DNA of 64,000 bases, from positions 61,101 through 125,100 of the forward strand of contig MGEI01000004.1 of assembly GCA_001791305.1 (NCBI GenBank). The letters are read 5' to 3'. The first letter of the stretch is position 1; the number at the start of each line of letters is the position of its first letter. This DNA comes from Candidatus Uhrbacteria bacterium RIFCSPLOWO2_01_FULL_47_17 (GTDB lineage: Bacteria; Patescibacteriota; Patescibacteriia; UBA9934; GWF2-40-263). The notes beneath the pieces are model-generated. The model saw nothing but the letters and a program-made list of their open reading frames with translations. It did not search any database and was not told the origin of the DNA. A program made the position numbers and the translations under genes. Shown here in pieces: positions 7,455 to 17,312 of this stretch.

Positions 7455-8498
7455 ATGAAAAAAATTTTACCTCTTTTAATCCTGTTCGTTCTTGCGGGTG
7501 CGGGATGTTCCGCGGCGCCAAAAGCAAATAAAGCGGACGGTGGAATTTTGAAAACCGTTGATGCGGGAAAAATTTGGTCACAAAGTTCGCTTGTGCCAAC
7601 AGCAAAGGGAATCGGCACACTCGCAACCGCAAACATCATTACCATGGAAATGGATCCGCAGGATAAAAATGTCTTGTATGTGGGAACGCGTGAAGATGGA
7701 TTTCTCTATTCGGATGACGCCGGAGTTTCTTGGCGCCAACCAAGAGATAAAGCGCTCTCAACCGGATTTATTCCATCCATCAAGATGGATCCAAAAAATG
7801 TGTGTACGGTTTATGTCGCAAAGGGTCCGCGTCTTTACAAGACCATCGACTGTATGCGCACGTTTCAAAATGATGCGTACATTGAGAGTCGTGAAAAAGT
7901 GAGTGTCGTGAAAGTGGCGGTGGATTGGTTTAATCCGCAAACGGTTTGGATTGGACTTTCAAATGGTGATATTCAAAAAAGTTTGGATGGCGGAAAAACG
8001 TGGAGCAATGTGCTTCACGTGAAAGATGTCATTACAGATATTCTCATCAACCAATCCGACAGCCGCATGGTGCTTGTTTCAACATCGTTAAAAGGTATGA
8101 TGAAAACCGGAGATGGCGGAGCAACATGGGAAGCCGCAGAGCTGAAAGGAATGGCCGGAGCGACAACGGTTTATGATTTGATTCAATCAAAAAATTCTCA
8201 GACGGTGATTGCGGCAACGAAATATGGTCTCATTCGTTCCACAAGTTTTGGGGCGGTTTGGGAACCGATCAAACTTGTGACCGCGCCAGGGCAAGTAAAT
8301 ATTCAAGCGGTCGGCATGGATGTCTCAAATCCGGACGTTCTGTATTACGCAACCACCGCAACGTTTTATAAATCGCAAGACGGCGGCGCAACCTGGCAAA
8401 CAGGAAAGCTCCCCTCAAATCGCCTCCCTCGCGCGATTCTCGTTGACCCAAGTTTGAATACCGTGTTATATATCGGAGTCGCAACGGAGGCGAAGTAG
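7455..8498 (+). CDS. Lipoprotein with BNR/Asp-box beta-propeller repeats (Ycf48-like)
   Basis: LAGAGC lipobox; repeated S/T-x-D-G-G-x-T-W. Confidence 0.8.
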   Translation: MKKILPLLILFVLAGAGCSAAPKANKADGGILKTVDAGKIWSQSSLVPTAKGIGTLATANIITMEMDPQDKNVLYVGTREDGFLYSDDAGVSWRQPRDKALSTGFIPSIKMDPKNVCTVYVAKGPRLYKTIDCMRTFQNDAYIESREKVSVVKVAVDWFNPQTVWIGLSNGDIQKSLDGGKTWSNVLHVKDVITDILINQSDSRMVLVSTSLKGMMKTGDGGATWEAAELKGMAGATTVYDLIQSKNSQTVIAATKYGLIRSTSFGAVWEPIKLVTAPGQVNIQAVGMDVSNPDVLYYATTATFYKSQDGGATWQTGKLPSNRLPRAILVDPSLNTVLYIGVATEAK

Positions 8499-8579
8499 CC
8501 CAAGGCTTCAGCCTTGGTTCTCCATGTTAGATACAATGATCAATCAGATGCAGTGACCAAGGCTAAAGCCTCAGATTAC
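8495..8579. repeat. Degenerate GTAG-type REP doublet
   Basis: gtagcccaaggcttcagccttggt / accaaggctaaagcctcagattac; related to 6319-6416. Confidence 0.65.
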
Positions 8580-8584
8580 GATAA

Positions 8585-9151
8585 ATGAAATCGACTATGC
8601 ATATATTCCTGTCATCCAAGAAGCCTTTATTCGACGCGGTACTTGATCACTTGCATAAAGAACTCGGAACCCTTCGTACCGGACGCGCAACTCCACAACT
8701 TGTGGAGGATATTCGTGTAAGCGCATATGACTCGACGATGGAGCTTAAAGGACTCGCATCGATTTCGGTTCAAGATGCAAAAACAATTGTGATTGATCCA
8801 TGGGATAAGGGATTAACGCAAGCGATCGAGAAAGCGATTCGTGATTCTGGAACAGGCCTCTCGCCCGCAGCAGATGGCGGAGTGATTCGCATTATGCTTC
8901 CTCCGATGACAGAGGAAAATCGCGTGAAGCTTGTGAAGCTCATGAAAGAAAAATTGGAAGATTCACGCATCGCGCTTCGAGGAGTGCGTGAAGGGGTTCG
9001 TGATGAGATTCTCGAGAAGGAGAAGAACAAAGACATGAGCGAAGACGAAAAGTTCAAGTTGCTCGACGAACTCGAGAAGCTGACGAAAGAGTTTAATGAG
9101 CAGATCAGTGCAATGGGAGAGAAGAAAGAAGATGAAATCATGACCGTGTAA
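8585..9151 (+). CDS. frr: Ribosome recycling factor
   Basis: LRTGRATP, PPMTEENR motifs. Confidence 0.95.
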   Translation: MKSTMHIFLSSKKPLFDAVLDHLHKELGTLRTGRATPQLVEDIRVSAYDSTMELKGLASISVQDAKTIVIDPWDKGLTQAIEKAIRDSGTGLSPAADGGVIRIMLPPMTEENRVKLVKLMKEKLEDSRIALRGVREGVRDEILEKEKNKDMSEDEKFKLLDELEKLTKEFNEQISAMGEKKEDEIMTV

Positions 9152-9153
9152 TT

Positions 9154-10479
9154 ATGGAGCATTCAAAAATCACCATGGAAAAAATTGTTTCACTCGCGAA
9201 AACTCGCGGGTTTGTTTTCCCTGGTTCGGATATTTACGGCGGACTCGCAAACTCATGGGACTACGGTCCACTTGGAGTTGAATTGAAAAACAACATTAAA
9301 CAAACATGGTGGAAAATGTTTGTGCAAGAGCGCCTCGACATGGTTGGGATCGATGCCGCACTCATCATGAATCCAAAAGTCTGGGAAGCGTCGGGGCACG
9401 TCGCTACGTTTAGTGATCCGCTCGTCGAATGTAAAACATGTCATGAGCGTTATCGCGCCGATCAGATCGATCTTGGGGCGCCATGTGTAAAATGCGGCAA
9501 CAAGGGAACGTTTACCGATCCTGCATCGTTTAATCTCATGATGAAAACATGGCTCGGTCCAAAAGAGGACGCGAGTGCTGTTGCGTATTTCCGACCAGAA
9601 ACCGCGCAGGCGATGTTTGTGGATTTTCCGAATGTGATTACATCGAGTCGTAAGCGCGTTCCGTTTGGAATGGCACAGATTGGAAAAGCGTTCCGCAATG
9701 AAATTACTCCGGGAAATTTTATTTTCCGCACACGCGAGTTTGAACAAATGGAGATCGAGTACTTCGTGCATCCATCCGATTGGGAGAAGTTCTTTGAAGA
9801 GTGGCTCGCGAATATGTACAAGTTTATGGACCGCGTCGGAATAGACGCGGCTCGTTCGCATAATCTCGAAGTCGCAAAAGATGAGCTCGCGCACTACTCG
9901 AAACGTACAGTCGACATTGAATTTGATTATCCGTTCGGACGCAAAGAATTGTACGGACTCGCATATCGCACAGACTTCGATCTTTCCACACATGCGAAAT
10001 ACTCTGGATCGAACATCGTGTATACAGACCCAATGACAAACGAGAAATATGTTCCGCATGTGATTGAACCCTCTTTTGGTGTCGATCGCACACTTCTCGC
10101 TGTTCTCCTCTCGGCCTACGACGAGGAAACAGTCGCATCCGAAGAAGGGGAAGGAGACACACGCGTTGTTTTGCGATTCAAAAAAGAAATTGCCCCAATC
10201 AAGATTGCTATTTTGCCACTCAGTAAAAAAGAAGAACTTTCAAACGTCGCGCGCCCAATCGCAGAAGCGCTTGCAAAATATTGGCGTGTTGACTATGACG
10301 AAACGCAATCCATTGGAAAGCGTTACCGACGTCAAGACGAAATCGGAACGCCGTATTGTGTCACGGTCGACTTCGAGTCACTCGAAGACAAAGCAGTCAC
10401 CATTCGCGATCGCGATACGATGAAACAAGAACGGGTACCAATTGCCGAGCTCGAAGTGTGGTTCAAAAAACAATTTTAA
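9154..10479 (+). CDS. glyQS: Glycine--tRNA ligase (alpha2 type)
   Basis: RPETAQ, FRNEITPGNFIFRTREFEQME, IGKRYRRQDEIGTP. Confidence 0.96.
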   Translation: MEHSKITMEKIVSLAKTRGFVFPGSDIYGGLANSWDYGPLGVELKNNIKQTWWKMFVQERLDMVGIDAALIMNPKVWEASGHVATFSDPLVECKTCHERYRADQIDLGAPCVKCGNKGTFTDPASFNLMMKTWLGPKEDASAVAYFRPETAQAMFVDFPNVITSSRKRVPFGMAQIGKAFRNEITPGNFIFRTREFEQMEIEYFVHPSDWEKFFEEWLANMYKFMDRVGIDAARSHNLEVAKDELAHYSKRTVDIEFDYPFGRKELYGLAYRTDFDLSTHAKYSGSNIVYTDPMTNEKYVPHVIEPSFGVDRTLLAVLLSAYDEETVASEEGEGDTRVVLRFKKEIAPIKIAILPLSKKEELSNVARPIAEALAKYWRVDYDETQSIGKRYRRQDEIGTPYCVTVDFESLEDKAVTIRDRDTMKQERVPIAELEVWFKKQF

Positions 10480-10622
10480 AAAAAGTGAAAGAGTGATGGA
10501 GTGGAAGAGTGAAGGAATGAGACAACTTTTTCTTTTTTGAAACGATGAAACAAAAACAAAAAGCTGTTTCTCTTCCACCACTCTTTAACTATTTCACTCT
10601 ATCACTCTGCCTCCCCCCCCCT

Positions 10623-11891
10623 ATGCCCCACCAAAACTTCACTTTAAAAAATGGTATGCGCGTTCACTTGGTTCCGGTTTCTGGAACGCAAGCGGTGACG
10701 GTTTTGGTTCTCACAAAAGTTGGATCGCGTTACGAAACACCAACCCTCAGCGGGGCATCGCACTTTATTGAGCACCTCATGTTTAAGGGAACAAAGCGCC
10801 GTCCAACAACGCTCGACATTTCTCGTGCGCTCGACTCGGTCGGGGCACAATACAACGCATACACAAACAAACACGAGACGGGGTACTACATCAAAATCGA
10901 CGCGAAACACACATCGCTCGCGGTCGACATGTTGCATGACATGGTATTCAACTCGAAGTTTGATCAAAAAGAATTGGATCGCGAGCGCGGGGTGATCATT
11001 GAAGAGATCAACATGTATCAGGATAGTCCGATGAGACATGTCGAGGATTTGCTCGAAGGTCTTGTGTTTGATGGAAACACGCTCGGATGGGAAATTGCGG
11101 GATCGCACAAAACCATGAAAGAAATGAAACGCGATGAGATTATTGCGTTTCGTGATTCGCATTACATTCCGTCGCGTATGGTTGTGTCTGTTGCGGGAAA
11201 TATTCCAAAAGATATTAAGAAGACGCTCGAAAAAACATTTGGAAGCGTAAAGATCAGCAAGGCGGAACATCCAACGTTCGCGCCGTTTGTAAAATCGAGC
11301 ACAAAGAAAAAAGTAAACGTTCAATTTAAAAAGACGGAACAGATTCACCTCATGTTCGGATTTCCCTCGTTTGGAATCGGTGACGATCGCAATGAGGCCC
11401 TCGCACTCCTGTCTTGCATTCTCGGCGGCACCATGAGTTCACGTTTGTTCATCTCGGTTCGTGAACGCAAGGGTCTCGCGTACATGGTGCGCTCGAGTAA
11501 CACAGCGTATGACGACGCGGGTGTGTTTTCCGTTCAAGCTGGACTCGATAAATCTCGCGTGCTGCTTGCGTACAAGACGATTATGCAAGAGCTTCGCAAA
11601 ATTAAACGCGAAGGCGTGACCGCAAAAGAAGTGAAAGAGGCGATTGATCACGTGCGCGGAAGTATGTTGCTTGCGATGGAAAGCTCTTCGTTCCAAGCGG
11701 AATGGTACGGCGATGACGAATTGTTTCTGAACAGAGTTCGCACCCCAGAACAATTCATGGCCAAACTTTCGAAGATCACCGCGGCAGATATCAAAGCGAT
11801 CGCAAACGAAGTGATCAACGAAAAGAATATGAAAATGGCGGTCATTGGACCGTATAAAAATGAAATGGATTTTTTGAAATCCATTTCGTAA
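10623..11891 (+). CDS. M16 (pitrilysin-family) zinc peptidase
   Basis: HFIEHLMFKGT (HxxEH) motif; MSSRLF...RE.KGLAY. Confidence 0.93.
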   Translation: MPHQNFTLKNGMRVHLVPVSGTQAVTVLVLTKVGSRYETPTLSGASHFIEHLMFKGTKRRPTTLDISRALDSVGAQYNAYTNKHETGYYIKIDAKHTSLAVDMLHDMVFNSKFDQKELDRERGVIIEEINMYQDSPMRHVEDLLEGLVFDGNTLGWEIAGSHKTMKEMKRDEIIAFRDSHYIPSRMVVSVAGNIPKDIKKTLEKTFGSVKISKAEHPTFAPFVKSSTKKKVNVQFKKTEQIHLMFGFPSFGIGDDRNEALALLSCILGGTMSSRLFISVRERKGLAYMVRSSNTAYDDAGVFSVQAGLDKSRVLLAYKTIMQELRKIKREGVTAKEVKEAIDHVRGSMLLAMESSSFQAEWYGDDELFLNRVRTPEQFMAKLSKITAADIKAIANEVINEKNMKMAVIGPYKNEMDFLKSIS

Positions 11892-11893
11892 TT

Positions 11894-11922
11894 GTATGGG
11901 TGCCCCTTGTGGGTACCCATAC
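11894..11922. repeat. REP-like palindrome
   Basis: gtatgggtgccccttgtgggtacccatac; near-identical core inside murG at 63650-63674. Confidence 0.7.
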
Positions 11923-11930
11923 GAATCGAT

Positions 11931-12704
11931 ATGAAAACCATCATCGGCAACTGGAAAATGAATTTGGGAGTGCGTGAAAGCGTGGCGCTTGCACGTTCTT
12001 CTTTGTTGCTGCTGCGTGGAAAAAAAGTCGCGCCACACATGGTTATTTGTCCCTCGACCATTGCGCTTTCCGAAGTGCGCAAAGTTGTTGCGCGCAGTGG
12101 ATGCGGTCTTGGTGCGCAGAACGTCTCGAGCGAGGAACAGGGTGCGTTCACTGGCGAGACGTCCGCTCGGATGTTGTTCGAGGTAGGTGCGACTCATGTG
12201 ATCATTGGACACTCTGAGCGTCGTCATCTTTTCGGAGAAACAGACGAAGGTGTTAACGCAAAGATGTTGAAGGCGCTCGAACATAACCTGACACCGATCG
12301 TTTGCGTGGGAGAAACAAAAGAAGAACGCACTGCGGGGCATGTGAAAAAAGTTATTTTGCACCAATTGGGTACGGCGTTTAAAACCGTGCGCCCGAAATT
12401 CTCGGAAACTCTGTTTGTGGCGTATGAACCCGTGTGGGCAATCGGAACAGGAGAGACGCCAAGCGTTCAAGAAATTGTCGAAGTTCACACGTATATCCGC
12501 GAGATTCTCGGCGAATTATTTCCAACCGCACCAGAAACAGCATTCGCTGTATTGTATGGAGGAAGCGTGAATGGAGAAAATGCGTACAGTTTTTTGCGCG
12601 AGAAAGAAATTGATGGGCTTCTGGTTGGTGGCGCAAGCGTGAAAATTCATCAGCTCAAAGAAATTGTAGATGCGGCATGTGAAGTTTTAATCGCTCAATC
12701 CTAA
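11931..12704 (+). CDS. tpiA: Triosephosphate isomerase
   Basis: GNWKMN, GHSERR, AYEPVWAIGTG, YGGSV. Confidence 0.97.
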   Translation: MKTIIGNWKMNLGVRESVALARSSLLLLRGKKVAPHMVICPSTIALSEVRKVVARSGCGLGAQNVSSEEQGAFTGETSARMLFEVGATHVIIGHSERRHLFGETDEGVNAKMLKALEHNLTPIVCVGETKEERTAGHVKKVILHQLGTAFKTVRPKFSETLFVAYEPVWAIGTGETPSVQEIVEVHTYIREILGELFPTAPETAFAVLYGGSVNGENAYSFLREKEIDGLLVGGASVKIHQLKEIVDAACEVLIAQS

Positions 12705-12708
12705 TTGT

Positions 12709-13548
12709 ATGATTTGGATTATTCCTCTTGTGATTATTGCCGTGAGCTCAACCGTCCTTGTTTTGCTTTTGATTCGCAAAATGCCACAACTGCGCGTGAT
12801 TAATGTGGATTCCATTCCAAAAGAGCGCGCACGCAAAATTAAAGAACAACTTATTTTGCAAAAATTTCAGCGTGTGAGCGGAAAAAAGTTGAAAGGGGTT
12901 TCCGCATTTGCTGTGATGTCAGGGCGAACGGTTTCGCGCGCGGGGCGTCGTTTAGTTCAGCGGTTGTATCATCTTGAGCAGTATTACCAAAAATTGAAAC
13001 GTTCCGCCTCGGAAGGGCAACATGCGTACGATGCAGAAACCATTCATCGTCTGGTGGAAGAAGCAGAAACGCTACGCCAAAAAGATGAATTGATTCCGGC
13101 GGAAAAAATGTACATCGACATCATCAGTCACAACCCAAAGAGTGTAGATGCTTACGAAGGGCTCGGAAACTTATATCTCGCCAATAATCAATTTGATCAA
13201 GCGCGCGAAACGCTTCAATTTAGTTTGCGCCTTGCACCGAATGATGCAAGTGTTCTTGTGTCGCTCGCACAACTTGAATTAAAGCTTGAACAACCGAAGG
13301 CCGCACTCGTTCATGTAAAAAAAGCGATTCAGAAGCGTCCTAAGAATCCAAAGTATTTGGATTTGTTCATCGAGATTTCCCTGAAGGCTGGATCCTTAAA
13401 AGACGCACAGGAAGGGATTAAGCGTCTGAAAGAGGTGAACCCAGAAAACCAAAAGATTCAAGATTTTGAAGAGAGGTTTTCAGAGCAAAAAGCTGCTTAT
13501 ATGACGAAGTCCCACACATCCTCGGACGACGCTTCACAAACGGAATGA
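12709..13548 (+). CDS. Membrane-anchored TPR protein
   Basis: N-terminal TM segment; TPR-like AYEGLGNLY and NPKYLD repeats. Confidence 0.8.
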   Translation: MIWIIPLVIIAVSSTVLVLLLIRKMPQLRVINVDSIPKERARKIKEQLILQKFQRVSGKKLKGVSAFAVMSGRTVSRAGRRLVQRLYHLEQYYQKLKRSASEGQHAYDAETIHRLVEEAETLRQKDELIPAEKMYIDIISHNPKSVDAYEGLGNLYLANNQFDQARETLQFSLRLAPNDASVLVSLAQLELKLEQPKAALVHVKKAIQKRPKNPKYLDLFIEISLKAGSLKDAQEGIKRLKEVNPENQKIQDFEERFSEQKAAYMTKSHTSSDDASQTE

Positions 13549-13578
13549 AGTTTGTTATGATTCCGCGCGTCGTCATAT

Positions 13579-13654
13579 GCCGAAGTAGCTCAGTTGGTAG
13601 AGCAACGGTTTTGTAAACCGTAGGTCACGGGTTCGAGTCCCGTCTTCGGCTCCA
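13579..13654 (+). tRNA. tRNA-Thr(TGT)
   Basis: Cloverleaf; acggt-tt-TGT-aa-accgt; CCA end. Confidence 0.96.
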
Positions 13655-13676
13655 GTGTAATTTTATGCGATATTTT

Positions 13677-13762
13677 GGGCAGATACTCAAGCGGTCAACG
13701 AGGGGAGACTGTAAATCTCCTGGCTCACGCCTTCGAAGGTTCGAATCCTTCTCTGCCCACCA
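13677..13762 (+). tRNA. tRNA-Tyr(GTA)
   Basis: Cloverleaf with long variable arm; CCA end. Confidence 0.96.
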
Positions 13763-13765
13763 GTT

Positions 13766-13841
13766 GCCGTTGTAGCTCAGTCGGTAGAGCACATCCATGG
13801 TAAGGATGAGGTCACCAGTTCAATCCTGGTCAACGGCTCCA
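13766..13841 (+). tRNA. tRNA-Thr(GGT)
   Basis: catcc-at-GGT-aa-ggatg; CCA end. Confidence 0.96.
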
Positions 13842-13952
13842 TACCGAAAAAGATTGAATCTTCCTTGTCCCTCGCGAGCTTCGAGCAACAAGCAAGAGTC
13901 CATCTTGACACAATCACAGATTCAGGCTAACGTTCGACCATAAATTCATCCT

Positions 13953-14108
13953 ATGTCACAAGAAAACCTCATCAAATTGGAATGTAAAGATTGTAAGCGC
14001 GCTGGCTATAATAGCCACAAGAACAAGAAAACCTTGAAAGAGCGCTTGGAACTCAGCAAATTCTGCAAGTGGTGCAACAAGCACACTCTTCACAAAGAGA
14101 CGAAATAA
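13953..14108 (+). CDS. rpmG: 50S ribosomal protein L33 (Zn-binding form)
   Basis: MSQENLIKLECKDC...RLELSKFCKWCNKHTLHKETK; not in the ORF track. Confidence 0.95.
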   Translation: MSQENLIKLECKDCKRAGYNSHKNKKTLKERLELSKFCKWCNKHTLHKETK

Positions 14109-14164
14109 CACCCCATCACGGGGTGTTTTCGTTTGATGAATGTTTGTGATATCATCGAAGCAAT

Positions 14165-14446
14165 ATGACTACACGCTATATTGGAATCACAGAGCTTCGA
14201 CGCAGTATGTCTACCATTGCTCGCAGAAGCAAAACAAAAAAAGAACGGTTTATTCTTGAGGGGAAAGATGGTTCTTGTTTTGAATTACGTCCCATTGCTA
14301 AATCCGTTACAAAAAAAGCTGTGCCGGCAAAAAAACGGGTTTATAAAAAAGAATTTATAGAGGGATTGAAACAAGCGATCGCAGAGGCAGATGCTGGGCC
14401 CGTCTACTCTCATAAGCAGGTTAAGAAAATGTTTCAGATCAAGTGA
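14165..14446 (+). CDS. Phd/YefM-like antitoxin
   Basis: N-terminal IGITELRR motif; directly upstream of a RelE-like gene. Confidence 0.7.
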   Translation: MTTRYIGITELRRSMSTIARRSKTKKERFILEGKDGSCFELRPIAKSVTKKAVPAKKRVYKKEFIEGLKQAIAEADAGPVYSHKQVKKMFQIK

Positions 14447-14447
14447 T

Positions 14448-14717
14448 ATGAAATTTTATCTTGATTATGCGCCAGGAGCTACAAAAGATCTTGCTGGTTT
14501 GTCAGATCAAATTCGAACCATGATCGTGAAAAAACTGGAAACGTATTTTCAACAAGATAACCCGCTTGCCTTCGCCAAACCACTTCAAGGAGATTTTAAA
14601 GGCTTCTATCGATTCCGTATTGGAGATTATCGCGCCGTTTTTCGAAAAAAAGCGGATGGGACGATTACAATCATTTTGATTCTGCGCGTTCAACATCGAA
14701 AAGATATTTATGAATAA
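14448..14717 (+). CDS. RelE/ParE-family toxin
   Basis: KPLQG..GFYRFRIGDYRAVF...VQHRKDIY. Confidence 0.9.
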   Translation: MKFYLDYAPGATKDLAGLSDQIRTMIVKKLETYFQQDNPLAFAKPLQGDFKGFYRFRIGDYRAVFRKKADGTITIILILRVQHRKDIYE

Positions 14718-14764
14718 ATTCTCGTCCTTGTGGCGAGTGTTTTGTTTGATGGTATAATCAATTC

Positions 14765-16093
14765 ATGCATAAATTCTTTTCTTCTTTTCTTCTCGCCCTC
14801 TTTCTTCTCGTTTCCCCCTCGAGTTCTTTTGTGTTTGCGGAAGAATCTATGCAAGCTGTGGAGGCGGAGAAGTCTCAGTTGCAGACGCAGCTTCAGCAGA
14901 TTGAGGCGCAGATTGCCCAGTTTCAAAAAGATTTGGTGAATATTAAGGGGGAGAAGAATACTCTCCAGAATAAAATTAAGCAGCTGCAAAAAGAACAGGC
15001 CACGCTTGCTCTTCGGATAAAACAGACGGCACTTGAGGTGGAAGAGATGGATGAACAGATTGTGGCGACAAAATCTTTGATTGAGCGGAACCAGTTGCGT
15101 ACGGAAACATTAAAAGCAGAGCTTGCGGAATTGTTGCGCCAGATGAATAAAAATGATCAGCGAACGTTGTTGTTTGTTTTATTTTCCGAGCACGACTTGT
15201 TTGATGCGCTTTCCGAGATTCAACAATTTGCGCACGTAACATCCGGGCTTGATGTTCTGATCGACCAGTTGCACAAAACACGAGAGGATCTTGGGGTTCA
15301 AAAGAATCGATTGGATGCCGAACAAGACCATGTTGAAAAATTATTGGCGGTGCAGACGCTGCAGCAACAAGCGTTAAAGGGGTCTGTGAGTGAACAGTCA
15401 ACATTATTAACGCAAACAAAAGGCAAAGAGAAAAATTATCAAGTATCGCTTTCAGATTCACAAAAACAAGCCGCTCAAATTCGCACGCGACTTTATCGAT
15501 TGCTAGACGTTGGAAAACAAATCACCTTTGGTCAGGCGGTGGAGATTGCGCAATGGGTTTCTGCGCAGACCGGTGTGCGCGCGTCGTTTCTGCTTGCAGT
15601 GCTCACACAAGAATCTAACCTAGGAAAAAACGTTGGAACCTGTAACCGTCCAGGAGATCCACCAGAAAAAAGCTGGAAGGTGATCATGAAGCCTACACGA
15701 GACCAGGAGCCGTTTAAAACCATCACAGAGGAGCTTGGACTTGATCCTGACACAACCGCTGTTTCATGCCCAATGCGCGATAAAAAAGGCAATCAAGTTG
15801 GTTGGGGAGGAGCCATGGGTCCCGCGCAGTTTATTCCTTCTACCTGGATGGGGTACCGCGCGAAGGTCGCAAACATCACGGGTAAGACCGCAAACCCATG
15901 GGATATCCGAGACGCCTTTATTGCCTCGGCACTCAAACTCGGCAATGATGGCGCAAAAACAAAAGAAGGCGAGTGGGCGGCGGCCATGCGCTATTTTTCC
16001 GGGTCAACGAATGTGCGGTTCAGATTCTATGGAGACCAGGTGGTCGCGCGAGCAAATGAGTACCAGGCGGATATTGAGGCGCTGAAAAAGTAA
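14765..16093 (+). CDS. Secreted coiled-coil lytic murein transglycosylase
   Basis: Signal peptide, long coiled coil, QESNLG and GAMGPAQFIPSTW. Confidence 0.88.
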   Translation: MHKFFSSFLLALFLLVSPSSSFVFAEESMQAVEAEKSQLQTQLQQIEAQIAQFQKDLVNIKGEKNTLQNKIKQLQKEQATLALRIKQTALEVEEMDEQIVATKSLIERNQLRTETLKAELAELLRQMNKNDQRTLLFVLFSEHDLFDALSEIQQFAHVTSGLDVLIDQLHKTREDLGVQKNRLDAEQDHVEKLLAVQTLQQQALKGSVSEQSTLLTQTKGKEKNYQVSLSDSQKQAAQIRTRLYRLLDVGKQITFGQAVEIAQWVSAQTGVRASFLLAVLTQESNLGKNVGTCNRPGDPPEKSWKVIMKPTRDQEPFKTITEELGLDPDTTAVSCPMRDKKGNQVGWGGAMGPAQFIPSTWMGYRAKVANITGKTANPWDIRDAFIASALKLGNDGAKTKEGEWAAAMRYFSGSTNVRFRFYGDQVVARANEYQADIEALKK

Positions 16094-16184
16094 GAAAAGT
16101 CAAAGAGTTAAAAAGTCAAAAAGTGAAGGAGATGACACTATTTTCATTTTTTGAGATTCCTGTATAATCGCGAGCGCGAGTCCT

Positions 16185-16258
16185 AGGGGCGTCGTTCAAT
16201 GGTAGGACGAAGGTTTCCAAAACCTTTGACGTGGGTTCGATTCCCTCCGCCCCTGCCA
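16185..16258 (+). tRNA. tRNA-Trp(CCA)
   Basis: aaggt-tt-CCA-aa-acctt; CCA end. Confidence 0.93.
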
Positions 16259-16362
16259 AAAAGATCCACAGTATGTGGATCTTTTTTGTTTTTCTTGCGA
16301 ATAATCTAGGCTTGATTTATAGTTTAATCAATCTTTTTTCGAAAGATAAAACCAAAAACTCT

Positions 16363-17253
16363 ATGTCAGAATTTCGAAGGTCCGAAGGACGAGATGTTGT
16401 TATGCATAAAAAGGTACAGTCGCTTGCGCCGGGAGAATCATCAAAGGAAGAACGTGAACTTGCCGCGGAACTTGTGCGAAGAGAGTTGATTGATTTTTAT
16501 CAAAAATTTGATCCAAATTATTTTTATTCGGACGAACAAGAAACAGGGAAGCAGCTCTATGAACAGATTCTTCAAAATTCAGCTCTTGTATCTGTCCTTG
16601 CCGGAGAAGCATCTGTTGGAACACTCGGAGATGAGGTCTGGGACATGTTGCAGGAACTCACAAGGAAAGAACAAAAATTCGGCGATGTTCTTTCGAAGGG
16701 CAATACGCTTGATGACCTGGAACCACTCCTTGAAGCCGCGCAGATTTCGGCGCTGTCTCCTGATCGTCGTGCGTATGTAGGAGGAAGAACGGTCAATCAT
16801 TTTTATCGTTTTCTTTTTCCTCAAAAATACGATCGCAAACTCGCTCATTTCGATCAAGAGAATTTGCATGCAGTTCCTGCATCATTTGCAAAAGATTTTT
16901 TGCAATACGTGGCGACCATGGAAGAACCAAATGAGGAAGATGCAGATAAAATTTCTCACATGATGAGCACGGAAGGATCGGACGTTTTTGTCTTCTGGAC
17001 GCTCGCTCCGTATATGCATGATGAACTCATGAGAGAAGGACACGACGCCAAACAATCCATGGAAAGAATTTTTGATTGGATTCGTGAAGGATTTGACCGT
17101 CAACAAGCGGGTGAAAATTACGTTTGTCATTTTCCCGCGGCTGAATTTGTGAGGACACGAGATCGATTTTCTGTTCTTGGATATGATGAACGTATGCCAT
17201 CCCATCTTTTGGCTCGATTAAATGCAAAGAAGGTGATTGAACATCTTGAGTGA
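16363..17253 (+). CDS. Hypothetical protein
   Basis: Long ORF; start moved to MSEFRR because the track start overlaps tRNA-Trp. Confidence 0.7.
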   Translation: MSEFRRSEGRDVVMHKKVQSLAPGESSKEERELAAELVRRELIDFYQKFDPNYFYSDEQETGKQLYEQILQNSALVSVLAGEASVGTLGDEVWDMLQELTRKEQKFGDVLSKGNTLDDLEPLLEAAQISALSPDRRAYVGGRTVNHFYRFLFPQKYDRKLAHFDQENLHAVPASFAKDFLQYVATMEEPNEEDADKISHMMSTEGSDVFVFWTLAPYMHDELMREGHDAKQSMERIFDWIREGFDRQQAGENYVCHFPAAEFVRTRDRFSVLGYDERMPSHLLARLNAKKVIEHLE

Positions 17254-17312
17254 TCTTGACAGCCACTCTCTTTTTGGTACACTTTTCCATGCGTTCATAA
17301 AGGGGGTTTTTC

